A DNA stretch of 64,000 nucleotides from contig JAYWIR010000028.1 in assembly GCA_036172245.1 (NCBI GenBank), positions 1,612,001-1,676,000 of the forward strand. Reading direction: 5' to 3'. The notes beneath the pieces were generated by a model. That model was given only the letters and a program-made list of their open reading frames with translations. It was not told where the DNA came from and made no database searches. Position numbers and translations under genes: made by a program. Below are positions 37,901 to 50,599 of this stretch, piece after piece (the stretch's first letter is position 1; every line of letters starts with the position of its first letter). The stretch comes from Raillietiella orientalis (taxonomy: Eukaryota).

Positions 37901-39750
37901 GCGCCCGCGAACTTCTCCTCCTCCTGAGGCGAAGAAGCGAGGAGCTGCCAAATCCCCCTGCTAACTGCTGCCGACACCCAGGTGGGGTGCGGTGTCCAGA
38001 GGTCGGCGGCGCCGACAGTCGGATCTCCGTCGCGGGCCGTCCACGAACCGCCTCGAGATGCCCGCGCAGAGCTTCCGCTTTTGGAGATGCTCCTCGCGCG
38101 CGCCCCACACTTCGACGGGTCATTGGTGTCCGCGCACGATCAGCCAAAGGGATTTCTTCCAGGCCCCCTGCTTCCGAGGAGAACTTTCGCAGATGCGACG
38201 CGCGGCCTCCCTTCCCCGTCCGGAAGGTTCCCTAGGCGCCTGGCGAGAGCAGGGCGCGGAGAGGCAAGGGCGGTCCGGTCTCTGGAGCGATCCTCGCTCC
38301 CGCGCGAGCGGATGTCCGCTTCGACGCGGCCGTCAATGAAGACGCGTCTCTTCCTGGTGGCAGCGCGCATCCTGACTCTGAGGCCAGCATCATCGCCAAG
38401 GGGTTCCGTCCTCGCGCCCGTCCGGTGCGAGTCCGAGGAAGCCCTCACGTCGGCGAGCGAGCGCGAGCCACCTCCAGGGTCGGCAGGAGGGCGCCAGCGT
38501 CACGATGCCTGGGTCGCGAACTGGCTGCCGCGTGCACGCGCGGCACGACAGCAGAAAGGGGGGTTCCCTGTGGGCATTCGGCTCGATTCTGCTTCATAAC
38601 TGATGACTTGATGAAGCCGCTTAACCATCCCCTCCTCTTCCAGAAGGAGATCGAATGATTTGGCGAATGGGATGTGTGTGTGCGCGTGTGCGCGTGCGCA
38701 TGTGGGAAGGGGGGGAGGAGGTGCGATTTCACGAGAGGGGTGTGGCCACACACGCGTGCGCGCGCAAAAATAAAAGCACTCTGCTTCCAAGGGAAGGCAT
38801 TGATTTTTCCGGTTCCGAGAGCGGAAGGACGAGATGAGAGCGCTCCGCCGTCGGTGCGGCGAGTACCCGGGGCAGGTTGGGGTTCCCCTTTCGAAATTCT
38901 TCCCGTGGGAAGAAGGGAGGAGGACTGCAGACGCTGACAGTTTCGGAGCTGCCGACACCCCGAGCAGCGAAAATGCGTTGGCAGGCGGTGATTAAATGTG
39001 TGGCCGCGCATGCCTGGCGCGACGCGCGCGGGCGGACTCGCGCCCGTGCTGGTGGTACGCGCGCTGCGCACACGGCGCCGCGCGCGCGCGCGTACGTGCG
39101 TCCTGTGCAGTCGCACCTTCCTGTGTTTGCACGCGTGAAGAACATCGAGAAGATTCATCGAGAGCCGAGAGCGGGGCTCGGGCTGATGCAGCAAGCAACC
39201 CCAGGATGAAGATCAAGGCAAGCCCTGCCAACCAGCGCTGAAAGACTCTGCTTGGAAGTTTCGGGCAAGAAAAAAGACAGAACAAACAAACAAACACAAA
39301 AGTGGATGCGTTTGGTGGTCGAGGTGGATACGCCGACGGTCGCCGGCTTGAAGGATGGAAGAGGCAACCCACTTCGGGCAAAGGATGCACATCAAGGCAG
39401 CCTCCATCAAATCTCCTCTTTCCTGTCCTTCGCTCTTTCCTCCAAGGGGGAGAAACGCCCCCCCCCCTCGCTCCTCTCTCTTTCTCTGCAGCTTCCCCCT
39501 CTCCGTGAGCTGCTGCAGAGGGCATTCCGGAAAAGTGGCACGAAGAAGAAACTCGATGCTCAGGTGGAGAGCAGAATCGTCTCCGGCAGCCTTCGTCCGG
39601 TTCGAGACGAAAGCTGCAAGAAGAGTGGCAGAGTTCCCTCGTCTCGGAGCATACGACGGATGAATCGAGCGGATACAGCGATGCGGCGAGCACGAATTAG
39701 GGACGATAAATCAAGTGGCTGCAGGCGCTATTGGATTTCATCGCTCTCGA
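34950..39750 (-). mobile_element. Decayed BEL/Pao element (gag Zn-knuckle/protease to integrase tail)
   Basis: Cys/His cluster ~39540-39630; RRFDGG ~39405 (protease-like); VFIDGRVE ~38330; LLRLRR ~37930; AILATKR ~36730; RCTSC ~36235; LDYW ~36055; CWNSILEEFL ~35140. Confidence 0.6.
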
Positions 39751-40399
39751 CGTCGGTGCTTCTCGTTTGGCTGCTCATCGGTTCTGGGAGAAAGGAAGAA
39801 AGGGGGAGGAAGAGGAGAGGAGGAAGGAGGATTCGTGTTCCTCTACTTTTTTTTCCCCTCCCCCTTTCGCGAGGTTCTCACTTCGACGCTCTTTGCTCTG
39901 CTTTGCCAGGTATCATCATCACCGACGGTTCTCCGTTTCCCCTGGAGCGGCTGCTCAGCAAGCGGCAAGAGCGTTCCACTTTCAGCACGTGACCGCTAAG
40001 TGAATCCTCTTTGCCCGAAGACTTCGAGCGAATCGCCGGTGGACATCCGTGGATCACGGAACGTTGCTCGGGAAGGAGAGAGCTCGCTCTTCGGCTGATC
40101 ACGACTCTGCGAGAGTGCTGACCCCAGCAAGATTTTCTTTTCGCTGGGGTTACTCCTCGATGTTCCGAGGAAAGGCTAAGGCGTCCCGCGTAAGAGCTGT
40201 CATTATCTCCGAGTCTTTGAAATCGAAATTCCGATTAGGAACCACGAAACTCAAAGATATTCATTAATGGAATGGGTGCTTCTAACATTTTCGGTTATGT
40301 CGATTCGCCTCTGGAATTTTGAATTAACAGCGTTTTTATCTTCCCGTTTGGAGGGGGGGGGGGGACCTGTCCTCCTTGCGTTTCTTTCAAGCAGTTCTT

Positions 40400-42900
40400 C
40401 GGGAATCGATTCTTTCCCCTGGCTGCAGTTGCTTTTAGGAAAGCATTTCAAGAGAGTGCATCTTGTAGACGATCCCATGATCCCATTGCTTTTCTTTGAT
40501 GAGGACGCTGCACTTTCCAAATCTTTCGCGCCAAAAGTTCTCTGTGACGCTGCTCGTGGCTTCCACTGAGAGGATCCATGATCTTCGGAACGGGAACGTC
40601 TGTTGCTCCATCCGTGTTCTGGCTCTGACCTTCTCCCCTGTTAGCGAGCCTGCGACCCAACTGGAGAAGCTGTATGCGACCTTCCTTTTTCTCTGGTCCA
40701 TGGCAGGCGAGGGCGGAAGAGATGCACTCAACAATCCCTGCCGTTCAGATGCCGTCGATGTCCTTTTCTAGTCCCTGAAACTGCTTTTGTCCTTTCTATT
40801 CAGATGCTTCAATTCTTGACTTTTTCCAGGTGTGGAAATGCCTTCCTTCTCCTTTCGCAGCGTTCTGATTTTTGTCCTCCCTTCTCTTCCTGCAGTCCCT
40901 TCAAGAGCGCGCACTCCTGGATCCTCCTGTGAATGCTGCAGGTGATTTCCCGCCGTTTCACGAGAGCTGAACCTTTTCTCCGAGCACCGAAAGGTTGAGG
41001 TTCGTGGCATGCTCCGAGGCGCGAGCCGTTCATCTCTGTGCCCAATGGCTGCACATGCGCAGTATCGCCATCTGAGAGGACGCATCTCTGAAGCAAAGTT
41101 TTGCACAAGTCGGGGGGGGGGGGAAGGATGTACACGGCGGATCCCGCGCAATGCTGATTCAGATGTTTGTGCTCGAAGAATGCCTTCACGGAAGCGCATA
41201 CCTGGCCTATCAGCGAGATAAGCGAGGCGCACCCCCCCTCGGAAGATGATATGATTTCCCACTTTCTCGGATTTCAGGGCAGAATTCGATTGTCCGATGA
41301 CAAATGGTCATGATCTGCTTCACGCCGAAGTCGAGAGGCCGCCGGGAGTGTACGCGACGATGCACCTCACTTTGGATTCCCTAACGGTACACCGACAGTA
41401 TTCCGAAACCTCGGGGATTTCTCCGGTCGTGTCACCTGTTGCTCTCAGTTCTCCAAAGTCGTGTTCTCTATCATTAGAAAACCTGACCAGCTCACACTCT
41501 ATCAAAAGCTACATACAGCCGCATGATTTATTATCTGCTTTTCCATACAACTCTTGATGAAGTACCTAACAGTGTTCCCAGTGGTTACTTCTCTCATGTA
41601 TTCGTTGTACGTTGACCTTTCTTAGATATGCAACCGAGAACACAGTGAGCAAAAAATCGAAGCACACGTCATAATAAATGGACCAAAGTAAGGAATCACT
41701 GATTTGCGCTTTCGAGAAGTGCCGTTATGTGAACGACCGATTGATACCCAAGGACTGGTACGTGTTTTGTAATTTTAGGCTTACTGATGACTGTCTGTGA
41801 CAACGGCGAGAGGAAATGATGGATGGCAAAAAATTCTTCCGGAGGAAACAAAGGAAAGGTAGGATGTTTGTTTCCATGGAGCGTGCTCACGCTAGGAATC
41901 GACTTTCACTGCATGCCTGCAACATCCAACAACTTTGGGCGCACCATCAGCCTTCCACGTCGCTGAAGCTGCAAGATTCTCTGCTGATGAAAAAATGAAA
42001 GTGTTTTTTCGTACTCTTCTTGAGGTGCAGGGGGGTTGATGGAATCCTGGATTTGTCCCTGATGGCTCTCGCCCTGTGCTTCCAGAATTTTTTTTTGGTT
42101 TTGCTAAGAGCTCAAGAACCGTTGCTTCACCCCATAAAGGTATTGGAAAGGCTGCACAACGCCGCCGCCGCCGCCACGCGGAGGCTGTCGCAAGGCTCTT
42201 TCGCTGCTTCGTACCCGAGGTCTGCGTGAGGGGTGACCCCCAAGAGACCTCTCTTGATTCCCGACTAGCTAGTCAACGGGGCACCCGGCAGCGCACGTGA
42301 GCAGGCGTCCTACCAGCGCACCCCGGAAGCCTGCAGCATCGTCCCAGACCCAGGAAACGCAGAGCCTCGCAAAACTCGGTGCCGCTAGAGGGCGCAGTGA
42401 CCTCGCGGCCACCAACTCAGACCTGAAGGTTGCCAAGCGATTTCCGTTAAACTTTATCCTCTGTGCCACACAGGAAGGACGAGAGTTCAACGAAGCTGTT
42501 CACCCTTCCGAGGCCGAAAAAAGTCTTCACTCAAAAACACACGAAAGCAAACATTTCGACGTCGTGTGCATGTGGTGGGATGGGGGGGCGAACGAACCGT
42601 TAAGGGAGGAATGTGCCTGGCTACGCTGTTTCCACAAAGAGTTCAAGATCGTTTCTTCCACATTTCGATACTGTCTGTGTGCGACCTCTGCATCTGGGCG
42701 TTTCTTCTTCCTCTTCTTCTTCGCTTCAACCCAGGCGTCGCTTCCCCCCGGTTCACGCTCTCGGTCCGAGCGGTGCATTTCCCAGTTGCGGGAACGACGG
42801 ACTGCCTTTCCGACTCTGGACAGCACCTCCAGGTGATCTCCTTTTTATGGCCAGCTTCGCCACGATCCTCGCCTCAAACCGCGCGCCTTTTGTTCTAGAC
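40400..42900 (-). mobile_element. Decayed BEL/Pao RNase H-integrase with an apparently doubled C-terminal tail
   Basis: RLATFRSELVAARSL ~42400-42440; NKHPTFPL ~41860; VLHQEL ~41555 (cf. AVHLEL); YLADRP ~41210; LVKRR..HRRIQECALL ~40900-40965; second tail ENFWRERF..VLIKEKQWDHGIV ~40470-40545. Confidence 0.8.
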
Positions 42901-43299
42901 CATTGTGTCCACCGTTAATGGATGCAACGTCTTTTGACTCCGCTCCCACGTTCCCAGTGAAAGTGGATGCGGATTTATTTGTTCTGCGCTCCTTTTCGGA
43001 AACAAACGAACCTCAGTCCGGGGAACGAACGCGTTATTTACAAGATCTGCCACGTATCATTATTAATCCCCGAAGAGAAAGAAATATGGCTTACCAAGAC
43101 ACATTGTATGTGTATAGAGAGAGACAGAGAGAGAGAGAGAGGGTGGGAGAGAAAATAGATATACTTTTTCCCATCACTAGAGTTAGATCTTCCTTTCCCT
43201 GTTTGTCCATTTTCCTCTGGTGGGAACCGTTCTTAGTCCGGTTACACATGCAACGGCGTTCGACTTCCTGTTGAAAGACGTACGTATCTTTCTTGCCAT

Positions 43300-46200
43300 C
43301 AGGCTTGCTGCACAGGATGCTCAGCCTGCGTGCGCAGCGTGATCTCCTCCGGAAGGACGCCTTCATATCGGCTCCGAAACCGTTTCGAGGCGAGGTGCTC
43401 CGCTTCGGAACTTCAGGAAAGCGCTTGGTTCCTGCATCTTTCCTTGTCTACTCCGCCCTCTTCAGTCCGTTCTAAATGGTTCGACTTGTCGGTGGTCAAT
43501 CCCCCTTCCCCTCTTGGGATGATTCCGGGTTCCGGCCTTTCCAGTCGAGAGAGAGCACCTGCGGCAAAATCACGCACCTTCATACTGGGTCGGTTGTTGG
43601 TCTCTGTCGTTTCGAGGCACTTCTGAAAACTTGATCTTGCTTTTCCCCTGGATCGAATCTCGTTTCCCCTCCTCCGAATTAAGAGGTCACTTCTCCTCTC
43701 CCCAATGAATAGATCGAGCTGGATGCTGGGCACTCTACTGATGGCTGCCTTGGCTTCACCCTATCTGCTTACAAGAGGCGGCAAAGTCTGTTGAAGGGTT
43801 CTGTCCTTCCGCTTGAACCTCTCGCTGTTCCAGAGTCGGTCGTATCGGAATCCAGCCACAGGGTGGTGGCAGCCGAGGGATCCAGAACGTTGTTGTATGA
43901 AGCCACCACCCTTGTTCGCACGTTGGGAACGCGGGAGCAAACTGGATGGGTGGCTTTCGATGTCTGACGGAACTGGAGACCCGAGTCTTCCCAAAAAACA
44001 GTGGGTCCACGAGTCACACCACTGAGGCGGGGAAATCTCTCGTCGTCAAGTGCCTCTCATGTAACGAAACGGAAGCTCAAACACGTTAGGGAGGTGCTCT
44101 CTTCCTCCTCATAAGTCTGCCGAGACCACGGTATCCACGAGCTTAGAGCTCTCATTCGTCACTGAAGATCCCTTCCAGTTGATATCCTTTTTGCGACACA
44201 TGCAGAAGGTGCTGGACCTAGATGGGATCTTCCGTGAGCTTTCCTTGAATCCAACCTTGATACAAGTGCCTGTTCTTTCTGCTGTGCCATCTGACATGTG
44301 AATTCCCCCTCGGAAGGCTAATGAAAGGGAGACAGGGAAAACGGGAGCAGAGAGACACCCGAGAAAGGATTTGAAAAACTGACCGGTTCTGTGCGACGGC
44401 AGCGCAGTGATCTGGAGCTGCGTGGGAAGCGATGGCATCTCGCACCTGCCGTCTCTGTAGTAAATGGCCATCGACTTGCCAAGCGGGTGCCATCGGATGC
44501 ATACTGGATGAGCAAGTGCATGGACCACCGAATGCATTTGTCCCTTTTGGATCCCTGCCGTACCGGTGAGGTTTCAAAATTCAAATCTTGTTAACACTTT
44601 GTTGTTTATATGCGTGTCGAGAAAGGAGAGTGCAAACGGATTGACGGCAAGCACTTTCGCCATACTCGCAACCCGTTGGCGATTTGCCCTCGTGACTGGA
44701 CCATCATTCTTAAGGGCATCTTAGGAACGTGAAGAAGCCCGTCCGATGCTTCACGATGTACACGCGGCGAATGTTGGATGCTCCAGAAAGCCGTTCCCTG
44801 TTTTGACATGGCTCAGCCCATCTCTTGGAGATCTTCGATCCTCTCGTTGCTTCGTCGCTCGCGGGATTCCAGGATCCCGGGCCGTGTTACGACGAGCATT
44901 CCTGATGCTGAGGGCGCTCCTCCGGAGACGGAAAAGGCAGTCTGTCCTCGACTCCTGCTCTTCCGCGTCTCTTCCAGAGCCGCTGCCGAATGTTCAGAAG
45001 GGACACGTGGCGACCACATTCCCCTCCATCTGGAGCGCTGTGACGGGCTCTGGCCTCGAATGCGCTCTCGGAACAGGCTGATTGGAGGCCACCAACTCCC
45101 AGTGTTCCTTGATGTGGGTCACGAGGAAGCCTTTTCATTTCTGTATTCAAGGGCACACCCAGTTTTGTACGTGTCACACCCTCGCTGCCTCCGCTCCTCC
45201 GTTTCGGTGTTTCATCCGCAAATTCTTCGGAGACCTCGAGCGCCGAATTTCTTTTCAAGAACCCTGAAGACCGCTTTTCTCCTCCGTATGACTGTGCTGT
45301 TTTGCTTCGGGGCATTGAGCTTCCCAGATTACAGTTTCATGGGATTTGTTGGACAGCAGGCATCACGACATGATTCGGGTCACTTTTATTTGGGTGAGCC
45401 TTGGGGTTGAGTTTTTTCCCTTTTGGGAGATTTCCATCCCCTGGTTTCATTTCAGATTGCTCGCGTCGGAGGCTGCATGGCTGCTGAGGTCTCCGCGCGT
45501 GGCACCAATAGGAGTCGCGGGTTCCAATGCTCAGAATGAATCGACTCCAGAGAAATGCGGGGTGCGTCGTAGGTTCCAGTCTCCCTCTCCCGCAGGACGA
45601 TGCCTGCTGCCCTGCAGGTTTCGGGTGCGGCGGCACTTGTTGAAGCCAGATGCTCCCCTTGACCGGCCGGGTTTGGAAGTTGACCCTCCAGTGTCCTTCC
45701 AGGAATCAAGGAAGCGGTTCCCTTCGGAGCTCCCCTCCGGTGGTGAAAATGGAACTGCCCTCCATCGCCTACCATGGAGCTGGTGCATTGATACCTCTCT
45801 CGAGTGTCAAGAAGCGCGCTGCTCCCTTAGGGATCTACCCTTCAGGGAAAATTCGGAAGCGTTCCTTAGGGGTTCTCTTCAGGGGAGTAGAAAGCAAGGA
45901 GCGTTTCCCTTGAAGGTGGATCACCCCCGGAGAAGAGATTCCAGAAGCGGCTCCTTCCCGAGTTCCCTTCGGAGAAGAAGTAAGCCGTGATCCCCTGCGG
46001 GGGGTCCCTCCGGAGAGACTAAGAAAGAGGACCCCTTCGGAGATCCCTTCCCGGGCGTGAGAGGAACGGACTCCCTTCTTCGGATCCCTTCCTGGATACA
46101 TAAGGTGGTCCCCTCCCGGAGTACCTCCTATCTTGAGGAATTCTGGAATGGAATCAGGAGGAGAATTCAGTATGGAGCTCCTTAAGACTTTTGGCACGAG

Positions 46201-47300
46201 ACCTTGGTTCTACTTCCTCATGCAACATCTTGAGGAATCCTCTTTGCGCCCAAAGTCGGAATCTCTTGGACGGTGGTGCCTGCGGGGGAAGCGGCTCCAG
46301 AACGAAGATGGCAAATCGTGTCTCAGCCGAGGGAAGTCCGAGTTCACAGCAGCCACTTTTAATTCGGACAGCGGCCACTCACCAGCTGTTAGAAAACCGA
46401 AAGTCACGACTACGTGTTCCTCGAATTAAAGAAGCTGCAGATAAAGAATGGCGAATGCTAATGGAAAGCTTTGAAGTCGATAAGCCCTCTTTAATAATCC
46501 AACAACTCTGTAGATAATGAAGAAAGTCACTTCCGGTCTACATTGAGAGAGAGAGAGAGAAAAAAAAAAAAAGCAAAATAAAACGAGGATGTGGAAATCA
46601 TCATCTGATTCCAGGCGCCAGCGAGGTCAGCATGCTCAGGAATTTTGTATCCACGAGCTAGGAGAGATCGAAGAGTAGCAGCCAGCATGTTGCTGATTGG
46701 GATTGATCTCCCTCCGCGTCTTGACCCAACGTGTAGTCCTCCGTAATTGGGATTCCGAAAACGAGGAGAGCACGAATGGATGCTCCAGGTATTTTCAAAT
46801 TGCAAGGCCGCAGGAATGGCGTACGGAGCCAGCGCTGCAGCTCTTTCAAACGTGCATCATTAATCTTGGCATCCTGATCTGGAAGAGGAATGCGAAATGC
46901 GATCGATGGAACGAGCTGCGGATGGAACTTCCAAAACCTTCTGTGGACCGGCCGGGCTCGCTGTTCAGACCCGGCAAACTTCTTCTTCAGGACGGGGAGG
47001 CGAAACCACTCTCGGTCCAGCATGACGACGCAACGATGACACTGTGAGAGCGCTTCCGATCCGTAATGACACATAACTGTGCTAACAGCACGCGGCCAAA
47101 AAGATAGGCAGCCACGATGAATGCTCGATAAACTCACCCCAGCTTGGCTCCAGCCACCGAGTGCTGATCTGCCTTCACCGCATCTGGCCACGGATGGAAC
47201 CGCCATGGAAACGACGGCAGGCCGGCATTGCGCTCCGGGCACCCGACCGTCGCGATGGGGCGCGAACGATTCCGGGAGCGATGCGGGAGCAAAGAGGACG
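43300..47300 (-). mobile_element. Decayed BEL/Pao pol (pre-RT to integrase)
   Basis: RRFWKF ~46930; IIKEGLSTSKLSI ~46460-46500 (cf. VIK..STTKLRIV); HDLPSSFW and DFG..SS ~46240-46320; AQSYGG and TKLGVPL ~45150-45300; ALPSHRTGQFF ~44390; KDINWK ~44180; ETNNRP ~43595. Confidence 0.85.
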
Positions 47301-47559
47301 CGGGGATCTGAAGTAAGGATAGCCAGGCGGCGATCGAAACGAGACGGAAGCTCGCGAGATAGAAAAAAAAAAAAAAAGCAGGGAAGAGGAGCGAGCGAGC
47401 GATGGGTCTCAGCGTCCGTCCGTCGGTGGTCAATCCAACGTCAGGTCGTTCCTTTTTTTTTGAGCGTGTTTGTTTGTTTGTTTGTTTTTTTCGTTTTTTT
47501 TGTTTTTTTTTTTTTCCTGCAGATTCGCACACTCCGAGCAGGATGTGTGTGTGAAGGAA

Positions 47560-50200
47560 CGGTTCAGCGTGGTGGAGGAAGGCGCTGAAAAGATGATATG
47601 CTGGCTGCAGGTTTGCCCAGCTTCCGTAACCTGGTGACAAATTGGGTTGTTTCCCCAGTGCGCAGAACCTTGTTTGCTCAAGAGGGAAAAGAGCAGCGGT
47701 CAGAGTTCGAATTCCTCTGATCTGGTTGTTCTGCGGCCGCACATCCCCGAGGAGGGCCATTCGCAATGCGCCGATGCTTTTGATTTTGCGAACGCTCGAA
47801 ATACCAGAAATAACTTAACGCAGCTCACGCTGGGATTCCGGTTCCTGCAAATCAGCTGCCGGCTATCTTTCTAAAGGATGATTAATATCTGTACGCACTT
47901 CATTCAGACCGTTTCAATAGAGCCTACTTGTCGGGAGAGAAAGACACACACACAAAAAAAAAAAAAAAAAGGAGAAGCAAGAAACCTGCTGGAGGAATCA
48001 TTTTTTCATCTCTGAATCGTTACGTTCTTTACAAACGTTCCCAGCGATTCCGCTTCAGCCACTGTAGCCTTTGGATCGAACAAATGGCATTTATAAAGGA
48101 TGCCTATTTTTACATGACAATATTTGGTACTTGATCTGTTTACTCTTCCTCTTAAAAAAAGGCAAAAGGAAAACAGAGCGGCTTTTGTTGCCAAATTTTC
48201 CGAGATGCCCTTCCCCCCCCCCCCTGTCGAGGTCCTTGAAAGTTTCGCAGCAAAATTCTTATGAAATTTCGGCATAAGGGGGGGGGGGGGGAAGGGTAAA
48301 TCGACAACACTTGCTTTTTACCTCCCAATTTGCGTTCCCTTTTCTCCCTATCATTCGAGTAACTTTGAGTGAGCCTTCCCCCCCCCCCACTCTCTCCCTT
48401 AGTTTGTTTCCAAGTAAATAGATGGCATCGCAACCAATCCTTTACGCAATTCCGCGTTGGCTGGTTTGCAAAACACTTCTCCTATCCCCCATTTCCCCCA
48501 TGCTCCCGAGTCCCATGTCTCTGAGAACGCCTTCCCGTTTCCTCTATCCAAAGGGAATCGCTTCTCCCGGTGATCCCGGATTTTTTTTCTTTTTCCTTCC
48601 TTTATCTCCATCGACCCGAGTATGTGACTCAGTGAATTCCCCGAAATTCGCATCATTATTTACTTTTATTTTTTTTTTTTTTTGCTGCTGCTGCTGCTGC
48701 TGGATGCTTCGTTGCTCGGAAACCTTCGGCGGGATCGAACGATTCGACCTCGTGAGTTTTGTGCCGATGCAACCGGGCGGTTGCCGCGTTGCTTTGATGT
48801 TTCCGGTTCCGATGCAGTCGCAGCAGCAGTTCCCATGGATGCGAAAAGCTCCGATGGAGTTTCGGTCGCATGGAGACGGCATGAGACTCTCGGCATGCCT
48901 TTCGCCACGACGGTATCGCAAGACTTTCTTGCTTTCTTCCATTTCCGATTGCGCGAGCCCGACTCAGGGCCGGGAGGCGGACGAGTAGGTCGCCTTTCGT
49001 GAGGCCGGGGGTGGCCCTACTCAAAATGACACCGCGAACTCCCCGTTTTCAATTCTTTCAGCGTTCTGCTGTATGCATTTTTCGATTACTCAGGCGACGT
49101 CCTCAGCGTTTGTTCCTGATTTATTGCGACAAAAAAAAAAAAAAAAAAAATCGGTTCCTGACTGTTCGATGATGCAAAAACGATACTGTGAAGCACGGGA
49201 TGCTTCGAGAAGTTTCGAACGAGTAGGGAGATACCTCTCGAAGAGTGGAATGGCGTGCGTCTTCCAGACTACCGGCGCGATGGATGCTGCGGTGCTGATG
49301 GTGCAGCGCAAAGTGATGGCTGCGATCAAATGAGCTGCGAACTTCCAATCTCCTCCACTCCAACCTCCACTTTGGTTTCTGACATCGCATGTGTTATTCA
49401 TCTGCAAGTGTAATTACAACGCGCAATTGCCTTGCTAACTCTATGTTCTTCCTCTCTCTCTTCTCTTACATTCGGGGACCCTCGGGCCCCGCCTCCCGTT
49501 CATCGCCTCTGGGCAGGAATCCCTAGCCACTTCAGCCACGGGATCCGTTTGAACTTACGGTCAGTAGCAGTGCCATCCTATCGCTCCTCTCAGTCTTTCA
49601 TCCACAAAGAAAGAGAAGCGATTCCGGACGGAACGCCGGGAATGCTACAGCACTTGAAACTCGGTGACCGCTTCTTTGAAGTCGTCTCCGTGCAAAAGGG
49701 ATGCGGTGTCCACGATTTGGAACATCTCGCCTTCCTCGAAATGCTGGATTTGAGATTCCCGTTTCGCCAGCGTTTCGATTATCAATTATGGACTTCCCCT
49801 CCCCCATCGGTTTGCGCTTTGGGTTTCATGGAGGATTCAAATCAAATGAAAACGAATTCAGCAACCTGCATCAAGGCAGCATTCCGGGGTATCCTAGCAA
49901 CGAGGAAACCAGTTTTTCGTCATAACTCACGAGAATATCCGAAGGCTCTGGTGGCTGATCGGGCAAACAGACCACTCTGATTCTCCGTCTGCGGTGAACC
50001 AGTGCCAACAGCCTTTTTTTTTTTTTTTTTTTCCTCTCAAATGCTACCCCAAGGCTTTCGATGATCATTCTGGCACATTGGCATCCGGCTCCATTCATTG
50101 CTACAGAGGCCTAGATGGCCGAGTTCGAATGCTCCGCAAAACTTTCTCGAGAATCTCATGCACGCCTCTCGGTCTCCGAAGGCCGCCGCATCTTCCACGC
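47560..50200 (-). mobile_element. Decayed BEL/Pao pol (RT to integrase)
   Basis: RIRVV ~49975; HRIPFA ~49700; SFFVDE ~49600 (cf. FYVDD); ISTAASIAPV ~49280; SLAIPSW ~48915; GS*FAG ~47850 (cf. GxDFAGP). Confidence 0.75.
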
Positions 50201-50310
50201 AGGACCGATTCGCACTCCTCTCCCTGGTCGGCCTTTTAACTATTTTATGCCGTTTCCCTCCTTACCGGTTTTTTCAGCTGCGCCACTGTAGTAGGGTTGG
50301 GGTCATCGCT

Positions 50311-50312
<2 letters not shown>

Positions 50313-50366
<54 letters not shown>
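50313..50366. repeat. (TC)27 microsatellite
   Basis: Perfect TC run. Confidence 0.97.
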
Positions 50367-50371
<5 letters not shown>

Positions 50372-50599
50372 TTTTTTTTTCTTTTTTCCTTTTCTCTCAT
50401 CGAGTGATTCTCATCTCTCTATCACAAATTTCGAGTTCGCAAATTCTTTCATCCTACCCGTTTATACCTTGAAGTGCCTCGTCGACGATAGGCTTGGAGT
50501 ACTGCCGATAACAACCCATTCATAGAAAGAAGAAATCAAGAACTCTTAATGAATGCAAGAGGAGGAACCGCTGGCAATTAATTTAATTTGACTGTCATC

